The notes: generated by a model not told the origin, from the sequence alone. A stretch of 64,000 bases of DNA from Callorhinchus milii (GCF_018977255.1 NW_024704807.1:186001-250000); one strand, 5' to 3'; positions 24,311-37,629 are shown, counted from the first letter of the stretch. Numbers and translations are program-made.

Positions 24311-25455
24311 AGGACATACAGTACAGTAATAGGCGGTTCTATCACAAACAGCCATCTTCACCAGTGTTAAGTTGGTGGATTTACTGCTCGTGTCCAGCGT
24401 AGAAGAGAACCCATATTGTGCAAAACTCGCTGAAGATGTACAGCCAGTGCTCCAATGCTGTAATATGTACTGTGGTGTCTTGCTTGGGAGCTGGCGATAC
24501 CAATAAAAATACACGGCCCCTGTGCCAGCTGAATAGGAGCAAGCAAGCGATGCTGTCTGCCCTTCACGAACAATAATTTCGATGTCTGTTTGCTCAGCTC
24601 TCTGTCCAGCAGCATCGCCTGGAAAACACCGTGATTAAGGATGGTCTCTCATAATCTGTGCACCCAGCAGTTCTTGGGAATCAGCGGGCCACGGCCTGCT
24701 TGATGCTCTCTGCCCTGACTGCCCCAACCCATTAGCTGCTCCAACTCTCTTCAACTCCATCCCTGAGTCCATAGGACCCATTCCCTACCTCAAACCCACC
24801 TAATTTGACCGTATACTCATTCCTGTATCTTAGTGCTCCCCTAAGCCAAACCATCTCCAAAGTCAGTGGGACCAGTCTCGATTCCTAAGCAGGACGAACT
24901 TTTACGCAATTTTGGTTACTCCACACACACGGCTGTGTACTCAGCTGCGAATAGGGACCTGGGTGAGAGGCAATTGCTTTTGACTAGTTTCTGAACTGGG
25001 GTTACTAATCGGTCCCGTAAAGTTTCTTAATCGATGACTGTTTATGCTACGCTGTTTTGCGGAATTGTCAGCCGTGTTTTCCCCACAAATAAAGCGTACA
25101 GTCAGTTCGCTTTACACTATATCCTGTGCAAACGCAGGGAATGTTCTTTTGGCGCTGTATAAAATGCAAAGATTATTGTTGCTTATTTTTTCGCATTTCC
25201 CTCTGCACGTGTCTCTGCTCTCAGCTACCACCAGTCACGCCCCACGCCCACACACTTAACTGCTTCCCAAATGCCAATCAATTGCTGTCAAAGAGCCTTG
25301 GGACGTCCCCCCAACTCCAAGGCTACTGCACAAATGCAAACGTGTATTGTTCTGATTATATCGGCGGACACCGTTTTTCACATAGATTCACTTTTTCACT
25401 GTCCATACTCACAAGAGATGATGAAAATCGCGATGATGGAAGCCACAGGTTTCAT
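24311..25455 (-). CDS. TRAV/TRDV: TCR V gene, open frame but atypical RSS (leader 25413-25455, V exon 24311-24618)
   Basis: Leader MKPVASIIAIFIIS with donor GTGAGT. Exon DAAGQRAEQ..SLACSY..YWYRQ..TAYYCTVCP. RSS CACAGTA, 21 nt, ACAAAAACT (24274-24310). Confidence 0.75.
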
Positions 25456-25755
25456 CCCAGTTAGACGATGAGAATTCTGCAAAAACTGGAAGGTTTGATG
25501 CAATCGTTTGTCGGTTCCAGTGGACTGGGGATTGTCGTTCTCTTACAACTTACTTTCACCGACTGAAAGGTATCAGACAACACCAGTCATCAGGCGCTTT
25601 CACCACAAACAAGTGACACCCATTGAACAACACCACATTACATATGTACAGGAGGACATCCCAAGGCGCTGGTTGTGAATTGGCAAAATCAGTAGCTTAC
25701 GAACAAGACAGAAGCCTTCTTTGAGTTGTTTACGGTCCGTTTTTAATATATATTC

Positions 25756-26063
25756 GTGGAGTCCTGGAGATCAGTCGTGAGAGCACTCGCTTTGCAAGTG
25801 AGAGACCTGAGTTCAATTCCAGGCAGAGGGCGAAACCTTGGGCAAGTTTTCTTACTCCACACAGAGCCTAATAATAATCCCTCCAAAACCAAAAACAGTA
25901 ATAAAATTGGCATTTTCAATCTACGACTGTTTGTGGGACATTGCTGTGCGCAATTGGCTGCCGCGTTCGCCCACAAGTTTACAGTCAATTCACTTTACAG
26001 TGTGTTCTGTGAAGCGCTTTGGGACGTCCTTCCGACGCGAAAAGTGCTATATCAAATGCAAGG

Positions 26064-26098
<35 letters not shown>
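25756..26098 (+). mobile_element. tRNA-Ala-derived SINE
   Basis: Full consensus with (TTA)n tail. Confidence 0.92.
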
Positions 26099-26103
<5 letters not shown>

Positions 26104-27129
26104 CGACCTCAGTGTGGAATGCTTCACTCTCTGTGGTGAGTTCTAATCGTATTTGATCGCACCTGGCATGATTTTGTGGGGTCAACTGGATGTCTGACAC
26201 ATGCGGAAACCCATAATCGTGCTTAAGAATATACAAACCAAAATGAACATTCAATTAAAGCGACCCACGTATGGGAATAATATAATAACAATCGTTATAC
26301 TTGATATAGTGCCTTTGTTGTCCAACAGCTCAGTGTTTAGATAAAATCTATAATGCGGTCACTCAATCCACCATATTTGTGGGAAAACTGCTGCGTGCAT
26401 TTGGCGGATGCTTTTCGCCCCGAAAAATGCACCATAAATTCACATTACAGTGTATTCTGTGAAGTGCTTCTACATTTTTCGAAGACGTGATGAGGCGCTT
26501 TAGCAAATGTCAGTATGATCGTGATTATCATCACGTCTTCGAGACGTCTCAACGCGCTTCACAAACTGAACAGAAAAGTGAACTAACTAGTTAACGAGAT
26601 GATGAGCGAGAAGTAATCAAAGTAGCTTGTCGACCGCAAGCGGCGAATGTGTCGCAGTTCAGCTGTCTTCATATTTGATGCCAAACTTGACTTAAATCAA
26701 TGATTGTAATAATAATGTGTTGTGGTTTCCTTTGGCTTATAACACCTGAGGCTCAGGGTACAGTAAAACTGTAAGTCACTGAGACGGCACAGATGTTGAT
26801 GCCTCGCTTCCCACATACTAAATAATAATAACAATAATAATCCTTGTATTTTATGTAGCGCCTCATGGGATCTTCGAGACGTCTCAACGCAAATAACAGA
26901 TTATGCTGTAAAATGAATTGACTATGTATTGTGGGAGAAATGGGACATCCAATTGATCTCAGCAGTGTCCAGCGAACAGTCGGGGAGCTTTGACGAAAAC
27001 GGGATGTAATGTAATAAAAAAAATGTTTTTATTATATTTGCAAACTGAAACACATCAATAGTACCTGGACCGGTAAAGCCTAATTCGTTGACTAACAGTA
27101 ATACTAATAATCCTTCGAAGTTATATAGC

Positions 27130-27408
27130 ATTTTTCACGTGTTCTGGGCGTCTGAAAGCGCGTCACGTAATATGCTGTAAAGTGAAATGACAGTATGATT
27201 GTGGGCGCAACGGGCATCCATTTGCGCACAGCAGTGTACCAGAAACAGTCGTTGATTGAAAATGACCAATTTATTATTGCTTTGTTTTGAAGGGATGATC
27301 AGTAGTTTTGTGCAGTAGCGTAACTTGCCAAGGTTTCGCTCTGCCTCGAATTGAAACCAGGTGTCTCGCTTGCATGGCGAGCTCTCAATCCACTGAGCTA
27401 CATGACTC
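27130..27408 (-). mobile_element. Older, diverged SINE copy
   Basis: Degenerate match to the SINE consensus. Confidence 0.75.
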
Positions 27409-27425
27409 CGAATTCTAATGATAAA

Positions 27426-27746
27426 AATAATAATAATAATAATCCTTGCATTTGATATAGCGCTTTTCACGTCGGGAGGACGTCCCAAAGCGCGTCACAG
27501 AACACACTGTAAAGTGAATTGACTGTATATTTGTGGGCGAACGCGGCAGCCAATTGCGCACAGCAATGTCCCACAAACAGCCGTAGATTGAAAATGACCA
27601 ATTTATTATTGTTTTTGGTTTTGGAGGGATTATTATTAGGCTCTGTGTGGGGGAAGGAAACTTGCCCGAGGTTTCGCCCTCTGCGTGGAATTGAACTCAG
27701 ATCTCTCACTTGCAAAGCGAGTGCTCTTACCACTGAGCTACAGGAC
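27426..27746 (-). mobile_element. tRNA-Ala-derived SINE
   Basis: Near full-length consensus. Confidence 0.92.
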
Positions 27747-28083
27747 ATACTATTAGATCATGGCTGATCTGTACCTCAACTCCAATTTATCTGCCTTTGC
27801 CCCATATCCCTCAGTACTCTTGACCAATTTATTAAGGTGTCAAATAAAATAAAGGGATAGTTGCTATTGCAAGGAATCGATTGCTTTGTTTGTCAAATTT
27901 GCTGTCTGCATTAATTGTGATACTTAATGCTGTGAACGTTTAGCTGACAGGTTGGTGTGAGGTGATTGTGGTTTCCGCTGAGTCTCGCTGCAGACATGTC
28001 TGCTCCCCGCAGGGCCTCAAGGCCTGAGCAAGATTCCGCACACACTTCAACAGATAGACCATCCCCATGTGCAAAGTCAAGGC

Positions 28084-28122
28084 AGTTTTTGTACGAGACT
28101 TCCAGTACAGTCTATCACTGTG
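28084..28122 (-). other. 23-RSS
   Basis: CACAGTG, 23 nt, ACAAAAACT. Confidence 0.93.
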
Positions 28123-29078
28123 GTGAGACTGAAGGCACAGTAATACACAGCGCTGTCAGACACCACCAGCTCAGAGATGGATAAACTGGTGAATGAGTTT
28201 GATTCTTGTAGCTGAGCAAAGAAACGATTTCCAAATCCTGTTCCTCTGTATTGATTTTGATCCGCAGAATATCTGCCAATTGCATACTCCGGTTGTTTGC
28301 CTGGGTAATGCCTATACCATTGGAGATAGTAATAGCTTGCAGTCGTGGAATAGGTACATTGCAGTAACACAGTTTCTCCTTCGTTCTTAACCATCGTGGT
28401 AGCTTCCTGACTGACAGTGTCACCATCACAGAGATCTGCGATAAATACAGTAGAGCACGAAAATATATTATAATCTCGTTGGCTGAGTCATTTTTCAGCG
28501 CCTTGGTATGTCCTTCCGACGGGAAAAGCGCTGTACAACTTTCATTCTTTAGTTAGTAAATAACAGTCATCAATATATATCATGTAGCACATTATCACGC
28601 CATTGAATCGACTGAATGTGTTCTACAGAATACATTAACAACTGAATTTCTTCGTATTTCGTGGGCGAAATTGGCACAGTCGTTTCTCATACAGTCGTGG
28701 AAAGATTCAACAGATTATTTTTTAAAATAGTTTAATTGATTAACGCCCCTGGAAAAGGGATCCTTCAATCAATCAAAATGTTCGGATGGATAAATTATCA
28801 TTATTTGGATGAAGTAAATTAGCCCCGTGTTATAAAGCAATGGGGTTTCTAGTTACCGTTAGTAAAACAGACGCCTGTGTGTGGAGTAAGGAAGCTTCAC
28901 TGAGGAATCTTACCCACTTCCTCTCGCTTGCGAGCGGAGTGCTCTATCCACCAAGATATGGCCTCCAAAAATTATTGTTGAAATGGAGCTGACAAGCAGC
29001 AGCGACACTGAATTAGCTCAACAAGGCCTCACCTGACATGAAGGATCCCAGCACCAGACAGACAGCAAACAGCCTCAT
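28123..29078 (-). CDS. TRAV/TRDV: TCR alpha/delta V gene (leader 29033-29078, V exon 28123-28435)
   Basis: Leader MRLFAVCLVLGSFMS with donor GTGAGG. Exon DLCDGDTVSQEATT..LQCTY..QWYRH..DSAVYYCAFSL. Confidence 0.92.
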
Positions 29079-31474
29079 TTCTGCTCTTCAGTCTGTGTGG
29101 TTGTGTCCGTGGTATCAGTTTGATGATAACCCGCAGTGATTGTCGGCACTGGTGGAGCCACAGTCACACATCACATCTGTTCACGTCGTGTAACAGACTA
29201 TCACCCAGACAGTAAAGTATTGAGACTACGTTCTGTGGGATCTGCACTCATAATCTTGACTGCTTTATACAAGGCACAGGGAGAAGGTAGCAGTGTCACT
29301 GTGTGTGTCAGACATTCACACTGTGAATGCAGTCAGGATGACTGAAACCTTGACCTGTCCCTTCACTGGGGAGAGGTCTGGGTGAGGCTGTGTTGAGGTT
29401 GAGCAGCTCTCGGCCCCACGTTCTCTGCCGATGGTGATCAGACACGGAGGCTGAGAAGCTTCCACAATAAACTCACAGACTCTCACTGTGTCGCTGCTCA
29501 GGCGCCGCGCCCCCCATTAGGAGGTGTTTCTCATTGTCCTTATTTATGTATAAAATATATTTATGTGTACGTCAACTTATGGTACAAAGCTTCTATTTAA
29601 ATTAAAAGTTTTATTCGTGTGCTGATGCTTGAGCTTGTCTCGATATTTAAAGAGGAGCCATTGTCATGTCATCCCCCCCTTCTACAGTGTCACCATTCAG
29701 AAGGTCAACATTGATCACTTTCCTTTCAATACCCGAAAGAGGAAGGAGAGATTATATATAACCATTCAAACTTTATTTAAAAAATATCAAGTAAGAGAAT
29801 GAATGATTGTGAAAACATAATTAATTTTATCTTAAACTGTATTTCTGATCACATTTTATACAAAGCTTTGAGCAAGTTTGTCTTACAACAACACACACCT
29901 GCATTACGATTTAAGAACATCAGAATTTCTCCGGCTGAAAAAGACCATGTTCCTTCAAGTTTGCCTTCCACCATCCGGAGAGACGCTTCAAATGCCTTGT
30001 GCCAAACTATATACTGTGTCCCGAGATATTATTTTCTTGCAGAAACCTATCTCAACTGATCCTGAAATGAAGCACTTTTTTCTTCACGGTCTCGCTATCC
30101 AGACTGTTCCACAAATTTACTCCTCGTGTACTGAAGTAATGTTGCAGACGATTTCTTCAGCATTTACCCTCCTTCATCGCAGGCCGTGTCCTCTGGTTCC
30201 ACGGTTCAGTACAAGATAAAACCGCTTTTCATATTCCTCATTATACCGCCATTAGCTGCTACTTTTTGCCCCCAAAATATTCAGTCAATTCACTTGGTCG
30301 TGTATTCTGTGAAGCGCTTTGAGACGTCTCAATTAAATGATCAGGCGCTATAACATTGGTTCGTGTTATTACATGCAATGCAATGTAAAATGATGGAAAT
30401 GTATAGATTGCAAAGTGTGTGGATCAAATTGTGCATCCATCTCCCATCAAGAAAACAAGAGAGATGTTGGGGCTGCACATTGATCCACATCCCCCCCTCA
30501 CATACCCCAGTATCTGTACTCCCGCTGGACACATACAATGCACAAATGTTTGATGGCCCATCTCAACTCATGAGCCACATTTCCGCCATTGATCTCTCAG
30601 GAACCACGATCAAAGAGAAAAGACGGGCAATTATATCCATATACGGTAATATCACCGCTCATTGGTGAATCTTGTCAGGCGAATGCTTCATTTTATACCT
30701 ATCAACAATCTATTGGTTATATGGACAGAGACATTGGTCTGTGGTGAGCTGTTGACCGGTGCTGGAGGGTCAAGACTGTAGTGGTTTACAGCGCTCGCTT
30801 GATGTTCCTCACATCACTATCACACTGTCCAGTTGTGATGCTGCGGTCACTGGTCATCTACCTTCTTCTCCATATTCTGACATGTAAGTTAATGGTTTCT
30901 GATATATCTTCAACATAATCAAACTATGTGTTATTATTAAAAATTAAGGAAGGTGATTAATCTATGTTAGTCCTGACCACTTTACACACTGATCTTGTAA
31001 TAGTATCAAGTTATATTTACTGAGTTGCAATTTGGTATATGGCGTTTCATGGTGTTGGTAAATTTTAAAGTGAAAAAAGGGAAACGGGCNAAAAAAAGTT
31101 CTATTTTTGATCAAAATATGGGAAATATTTGGATGATCATTTTCCCAATCATTCACGAATATATAAAAAGTGTCTGAAAAATGGATTGCTGTGCAAATAC
31201 ATAGAACGTTTGTGGCATAGTGAAAACTGTTTTAAATATTGTATTCAACGCATTAGAAGCGATATTATCTGTGATTCCTGGAGCAATGTGAATATTTGGT
31301 CAGTGTTGTAATTCTAAGCAGATTATGTGTCATGTGAATTTTACAATTTTTTGATGGTTTTAGATAATGCATTAAATAAAATTCTGGCTTGGTTGCTGGT
31401 GTGTTTTAATTTACAGTTCAAATACGAGCAGTTTATCAGCAATAACTAATATGTATTGAGTTGAATTCCCTTCT

Positions 31475-31648
31475 GTCGGGGAGCGGCAGCAGGACAGCGC
31501 GGGGAGGAGCCTGGGCCTACTGACCCAGGTACTTAAACTCGACGCCGGAGCGAGTGCAGCCAGTCGGGGAGCGGCAGCAGGACAGCGCGGGGAGGAGCCT
31601 GGGCCTACTGACCCAGGTACTTAAACTCGACGCCGGAGCGAGTGCAGC
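31475..31648 (+). repeat. Two tandem 88-bp units at the LINE 5' end
   Basis: Units start at 31475 and 31563 and are identical over the aligned length. Confidence 0.95.
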
Positions 31649-32351
31649 TAGCGAGGGGAGGGGACGGAGCGGGGAACTGCGACGTCATAGATTAGTTTTC
31701 AGGTGAGTGCGCGCGCACAAAAAAAAAAAAAAAAAAAAAAAAAAAATAAAAAAAAAAACCCTCTGCGCCCCCCCCCCCCCCCCCCCAGGGCTCACATCAG
31801 AGCCCACTATGGTCCTGTTGGGTTCGATGCCCCAATCTGCGGGATAATGCCATCCACCTGACCGCTCCCGGTCCCCGCGTGCGCACTATGGCTGCCGCTT
31901 TGACCCGAGCCCCCTCACCCCTCCCTCCCTCCCCCCTCCTCTCTCCCCCCAAACCCTCCCCCCTCTGCATCTCTCCCGCTCTCTCCTCCTCTCTCTCCGT
32001 CCCTCTCGTCTTCTATCCCCACTTGACCCTCCCACAACCTCCCTCTGCTCCAGTCTGGGAATCCTCCGCCGGGCTCACCGCGGCACTCGGCGTTGGCTGT
32101 CCAGCAGCAGCCACACCGACTGCCCCATTCCCCACCACTCTCGCCAGCCACCCCGGACACAGACCCGGGGAGTCAACCTCTCCTCCCTCATCCCCATCTC
32201 CCCCACCCCTGCCTCACAACCTGGACCCCCCTCCCCTCCCACACACCCTTCTGTCAACCGCTCCCTCCACATCGGACTGCAAAATGTCCGCTCCCTCTGC
32301 AACAAGGCCCTGGTCATCAACGATCTCATCCTTGATGAGAACGTTGATATC

Positions 32352-35147
32352 ATGGCCTTGACAGAAACGTGGCTCACCCCAGGCGACACCTTCCCCCTCA
32401 CGGAGGCCACGCCACCCGGCTACACCTCCCACCACATCCCCCGCCCCAACCGCCGTGGCGGTGGTGTTGCCCTTATCTCAAGGACACCACTTGCCCTATC
32501 CCCCTACTCCTCTGGCTCTTTCCCCTCCTTCGAGCACCTCACCCTCTCCCACCCCTCATTCCTCTCCCTTAAAATCCTCCTCCTCTACCGGCCCCCTAAA
32601 ACCTCTCCCACCTTCATCTCTGACATTTCAACACTCCTCACATCTCTTTGCCTCTCCTCTGATCGCCTCATCATCCTGGGCGACTTTAACCTACACTTCA
32701 CCCCCTCCTGCTCCATCTCCACAGACTTCTCTTCCCTGCTCTCCTCACTCAACCTTTCCCTACACATAAACTCCCCCACTCACAGTCACGGCCACCCACT
32801 CGATTTGGTGATCACCCGGGGCCTCAGTGTCTCGGATGTCACTATTACCGACAAGGCCATCTCCGACCACTACTTCATCTCCTTCACCACCTCCACCCCC
32901 CTCCCCACCTCCACCAGACCCACCACCATCTTCTACCGCCCTTGGAAGAAGTTACCCCCACAATCCCTAACCGATGCCTTGGAGTCCTCTGAACTCCTCT
33001 CCCTCTGGCCTTCAACCCTCACCGACCCCTCTTCTCCTCTCTCCCTCCTCCACAATATCCTCTCCTCCACACTCGATACTCTTGCCCCCATCACTTCCCG
33101 CACTGTCTCCTACTCCCGCTCCTCCCCCTGGTACACCACCCACCTCCGCTCACTGAAATGCCAGGTGCGGGCTGCTGAGCGCACCTTTGTCAAATCCGGC
33201 TTAACGGTCCACCGACAAATCTGGCTGGACCTCCTCAAAATTTACCGCTCCACTCTAGCCTCGGCCAAGTCGTCCTTCTACTCCAGGATAATCCTGGAGG
33301 CGAAGAACAACCCCAGGCTACTGTTTTCCACCACATCCCGACTCCTCCGTCCCCCCCGCCACCCCGCGCAGGTCATCTCCTCCAACCTTCACTGCGAGGA
33401 GATGCTGGATTTCCTTGAATCCAAGATCAAGGGAATCCGCTCCGCGGTCACTTCCCCTCCAACTTCCACCCACCACCCACCCCTTCCCTCCCACACTCCG
33501 ACTCCTACCCATCCTCCCCTACACACCTTCGTACCCGTTTCCCCACCCTCTGTCACTGAACTCATCCTATCCCTAAAACCAACCACCTGCTCCCTTGACC
33601 CCATCCCCACTCCACTCCTTATCTCCCAGCTCCATTTTCTTGCCCCACACATCACTGACATCATAAACCTGTCCCTCTCCTCTGGCTCTGTCCCCATTCC
33701 ATTAAAAACTGCCATCATCACGCCCACCCTGAAAAAACCCTCCCTTGATGCGTCGCAGCTATCAAGCTACCGGCCCATCTCCAACCTCCCCTTTCTCTCC
33801 AAGGTCTTGGAAAGAGTTGTCGCCTCCCAACTGCGCTCTTTCCTCTCCACCCATTCTCTTTTTGAACCCCTTCAGTCAGGTTTCCGTGCTGCTCATAGCA
33901 CAGAAACTGCCCTGGTCAAGGTCACCAATGATATCCTGACTATCTGTGACCAGGGCTCCCTCTGTCTCCTCGTCCTCCTCGACCTATCGGCAGCATTCGA
34001 TACGGTCGACCACGCTATCCTACTCCACCGCTTGTCCTCCCACCTCAACCTTCAAGGCACTGTCCTTGAATGGTTTAGCTCTTACCTTTCCCACCGTCTT
34101 CACTTCGTCTCAACGAATGGCTTCTCCTCCACCCCCCGTACTGTCTCATGTGGTGTCCCTCAGGGCTCTGTCCTCGGTCCCCTCCTCTTCACCCTCTATA
34201 TGCTCCCCCTTGGTGACATCATCCGCAAACATGGGGTTAACTTCCACATGTATGCGGATGACACCCAACTCTACCTTTCCTCCTCTACTCTCAACTCCAC
34301 GACCACCGATGTCCTGACAGCCTGCCTGTCCGACATCGAGTCCTGGACGAGAGACAACTTTCTTCAGCTCAACGTGCAAAAAACCGAGGCCCTCCTGATT
34401 GGCTCACGTCAGCGCCTCCGCACCTCAGGCGCTGACACCATCAGCATCCAAGGCTGCACTCTCCACCTCTCAAAGCCAGTCAGGAACCTCGGCGTTTTGT
34501 TCGACCCTGAGCTGTCCTTTCTCCCTCACATCCGCACCACAACTGGCACCGCCTTCCATCACCTCCGGAATATCGCCAGATTACGGCACTACCTCACCCC
34601 TCACGCTGCTGAAACCCTGGTTCACGCCTTTGTCACCTCAAGGCTGGACTATGGGAACTCTCTCCTCGCCGGCCTTCCCGCCACCTCCCTCCACAAGCTG
34701 CAGGTCATTCAGAACTCTGCAGCTCGTGTACTGTCCCGCACCAGGCTTCGCGATCACATCACTCCCACCCTCGCTCGCCTCCACTGGCTCCCCATCCCCC
34801 AGAGGATTGATTTCAAGATCCTCATCCTCACCTACAAGGCCATTCACGGCCTTGCTCCCTCCTACCTCTCCAACCTACTATCCCCCTACCTACCTGCCCG
34901 TACCCTCCGTTCCTCTGGCTCCGGTCTGCTCCACGTCCCCCGCCCCAACCGCCCTACTATCGGTGGTCGGGCCTTCAGCCTCTCAGCCCCCAGGCTCTGG
35001 AACTCCATCCCCCAGTGCCTTCGCCTTGCTTCCTCCCTTTCCTCCTTCAAGGCCGGTCTCAAAACCTTTCTCTTTGACCGTGCCTTCAGCTCCCCTCTCG
35101 ACTCTCTTCCTCCTCCTCGCTCCCTCCCTTCCCTCCCCTCACCCTGA
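32352..35147 (+). CDS. L2 ORF: AP-endonuclease + reverse transcriptase (frame open from 31848)
   Basis: EN motifs NVRSLCNK (upstream of the first ATG), ETWL, YRPP, GDFNLH, SDH. RT motifs [26 protein letters not shown]. Confidence 0.95.
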   Translation: MALTETWLTPGDTFPLTEATPPGYTSHHIPRPNRRGGGVALISRTPLALSPYSSGSFPSFEHLTLSHPSFLSLKILLLYRPPKTSPTFISDISTLLTSLCLSSDRLIILGDFNLHFTPSCSISTDFSSLLSSLNLSLHINSPTHSHGHPLDLVITRGLSVSDVTITDKAISDHYFISFTTSTPLPTSTRPTTIFYRPWKKLPPQSLTDALESSELLSLWPSTLTDPSSPLSLLHNILSSTLDTLAPITSRTVSYSRSSPWYTTHLRSLKCQVRAAERTFVKSGLTVHRQIWLDLLKIYRSTLASAKSSFYSRIILEAKNNPRLLFSTTSRLLRPPRHPAQVISSNLHCEEMLDFLESKIKGIRSAVTSPPTSTHHPPLPSHTPTPTHPPLHTFVPVSPPSVTELILSLKPTTCSLDPIPTPLLISQLHFLAPHITDIINLSLSSGSVPIPLKTAIITPTLKKPSLDASQLSSYRPISNLPFLSKVLERVVASQLRSFLSTHSLFEPLQSGFRAAHSTETALVKVTNDILTICDQGSLCLLVLLDLSAAFDTVDHAILLHRLSSHLNLQGTVLEWFSSYLSHRLHFVSTNGFSSTPRTVSCGVPQGSVLGPLLFTLYMLPLGDIIRKHGVNFHMYADDTQLYLSSSTLNSTTTDVLTACLSDIESWTRDNFLQLNVQKTEALLIGSRQRLRTSGADTISIQGCTLHLSKPVRNLGVLFDPELSFLPHIRTTTGTAFHHLRNIARLRHYLTPHAAETLVHAFVTSRLDYGNSLLAGLPATSLHKLQVIQNSAARVLSRTRLRDHITPTLARLHWLPIPQRIDFKILILTYKAIHGLAPSYLSNLLSPYLPARTLRSSGSGLLHVPRPNRPTIGGRAFSLSAPRLWNSIPQCLRLASSLSSFKAGLKTFLFDRAFSSPLDSLPPPRSLPSLPSP

Positions 35148-37629
35148 CCATTTCCCCCTCCTCTCTCCCTCCCTTCCCTCCCCTCACCCTGACCATTTCC
35201 CCCCTGCTCGGGTCATGACCCAACTGTGCAGCGCCTTGGGACGTCCTCCTGACGTGAAAGGCGCTCTATAAATGGAATCTTGTTGTTGTTGTTGTTGTTC
35301 TGTTGGTGGAGACCACAGTAGCACTTGAATTAAAGTTAAATATTTGAAAGGATTATGAAAAAGATTTCTATTAAGCTTCTTTGATTGAAAGTTATTTGCA
35401 TATTACCGGCATGTGAAGGAAGGTTTCAACACAAATATTGCATTTCCGCATAGGGTCTTCTGGCTTTTCATCAGAGGGGAAAGAGGCAGAGAGTTGAGGG
35501 GGAAAGAGGCAGCGAGTCGTGCGGACTGGGGGAAGGAGTTCCCGAGCGCAGAGACTGAATGGCTGAATCTATTCCTATCTTCAGTTCAGTATTTTACTTT
35601 CTTTGTTGACTCAAAAGAAAAGGATTGACTGCTGTTGTCCAATAATTACAATTGACAGTGAAGACCTGATGCTGAGGGACTCGGTCCTGTTACAGTGAAG
35701 CTGTTTCTGGTACAATTTCTCCTGTTCAGTATCAGCGCTGCTGTGAGCAATGAAAAGACACTTTTTAGTGAAACACAGAGACTGATAAATGCAGGGATTT
35801 AACATGTAGTTTTAATTTAAATTTTTTTCCAAATAATATTGATTGTATCATCATAAAATGAAAGCTGAAGTTTTTCAATACATCGACAAATAAGCAATCA
35901 GTAAAAGTAAATAAATTTACGTAAATAAATGAAGAAACATTGAGTTAAACACATCAGTAAGTGTCCCATTCCAGTCCCCGTGTTGTAAACACCGGCAGAA
36001 GCTTCCCGTCCTGCGCCGCTGCTATTGACGGTAATCGATCTGGAGGATTGGATCATCACAGACTGAGAGCATTAACTTAGCGACAACCGAGGGCCGGTCC
36101 CTGAGAAAAACATACATTAAATCAGTAACATAGGGACCATCATCTACAGAACCATAGCCAGTGCCCCGCCGCCCTGTATGTGTGTCTCTGTGTCTCTGTC
36201 CTCACTGTAACTGCAGCTGAAATACAATACCGCAGGTTTACAGGACAGTGTCGGGAAAGGGCTTCACGGCTCTGACCCTCAGCAGCTTTGACGTTTGTAT
36301 TGAACACCAACATCACGAGGAGTGAAAAGGAAAATAAATATAAATAAAAAGTGAACAGATGCAGGAGAAGTTTATTCAACACTCTACCTTCCCTCGTGTT
36401 GCAAATGTACTAAACAATATTTCTTCACGTCCAGTATTAGTTATAAGAATAATAATACAGTTGTGTGTTCGGGTGAGTTAAATAGCAAGAATACTTGCAT
36501 TTGTTGTTGTGATTGATCATGTCTTCAAGACAACTCAGAGTGTTTCACATGATGCATCGTCAAGTAAATTGACTTTAAAGAGAAATGCAGCATCTAATTG
36601 TGCACAGCCGTGTCCAACACAGACTTGGATTGAATAATCATATTATTATTATTATTGTTACTTGACTAATGCCCTGTCAGCCTGACTCCCCAGCTCTTTC
36701 CTACATAAGCTGCAGCCCAGCCAGATCCCGCAGCTCTTGTCCTCTCCAGCACCAGCCATGGCAGTCTGTCAGCGCTGCCTCACATGGCTATTTGGAGAGG
36801 ACAGGACCCACAGGGGTCCGGGTGGTCTGTAGCTTGTGTTGTGAAGAGCTGTACAGAGGAAACTTCTCCAGGGCTAAAGTATCCTCAATTTGATCTGCTG
36901 GTGGATTTGGAGCCAGAACAAGATTGAATGTATTTTCTTCCTGGAGCTAAGTCCCTGCGTGGCCTCATTCCACTGAACATCAGCCACAGCCCCACGGCCT
37001 TACTGCTCCCTCGGCAGCTCAATTCCCCACCAACTGCTCACCAGTGTCCAGCTGTTCAGGCCCCGCTGTGTGCCATCCCCTCCCGCAGCCTCTCCCCCAA
37101 CACATTGGCACTTTTAAACCCGCCTTAAATGTTCCCTTTCCACCCGACTCTGGTGGTCGTTCTCTCATCCTTCCTCAGCTCCCCCATGATAATTTATCAA
37201 TGAGATTGTGAAGTCAGTGTGAAGGAAAGTATGAACATCTGCTGTTTCATCTCATATTCCGCAGGTGTTGGCAAGTTACAATCTTTCACATCTTTGTCAG
37301 TGCGACTTTTAATGTATTTGAACACCAATAACTATAGGCTCGGCAATGGCTTCTCAAGGTTTCAGATATTCATGAACATTGTGTATTTTAAAAGTTGTTT
37401 TTATATGATTGAGATTGTAAGCGGTATTGCTCTCAGTTATAGATTAGTTGCATTAGTAATGAAGAATTCATCTTAATGATACTGATGAAAGTACAGAAAT
37501 TCCCAAGGACAGTTATTATCTGTCCTCTCCCAACCTTCAGGAGGCTCTGGCCTTCTCCACACCCCGCGCCCGGCCTACCCCACCATCGGCGTTGAGCTCC
37601 TTGACCCACAGCGCCTGGAGATCCCACAG

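Larger units (their letters stand above)
31475..35299 (+). mobile_element. Apparently full-length L2-clade LINE
   Basis: GC-rich 5' region with 2x88-bp repeat, uninterrupted EN+RT ORF, 3' stem-loop gcgcctt..acgtc-ctcct-gacgt..aaggcgc, (TTG)n tail. Confidence 0.92.

Noticed and set aside
29484-29490. Isolated CACTGTG heptamer
   Set aside because: No nonamer at 12 or 23 nt and no adjacent V or J coding sequence.
31475-31648. CRISPR-like or ribozyme interpretation of the 88-bp repeats
   Set aside because: Direct tandem units with no spacers in a vertebrate context; no hammerhead (CUGAUGA/GAAA) or HDV-like core recognised.
31879-32361. 160-aa Pro/Ser-rich ORF as L2 ORF1
   Set aside because: Low-complexity alternative frame overlapping the open RT frame; no recognisable ORF1 domain.
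34399-35271. 290-aa ORF overlapping the L2
   Set aside because: Shadow frame of the C-rich RT coding sequence.
36140-36382. Minus-strand ORF with a hydrophobic N-terminus (MLNKLLLHLF..)
   Set aside because: The hydrophobicity comes from a T-rich low-complexity tract; no Ig motifs, splice sites or RSS.
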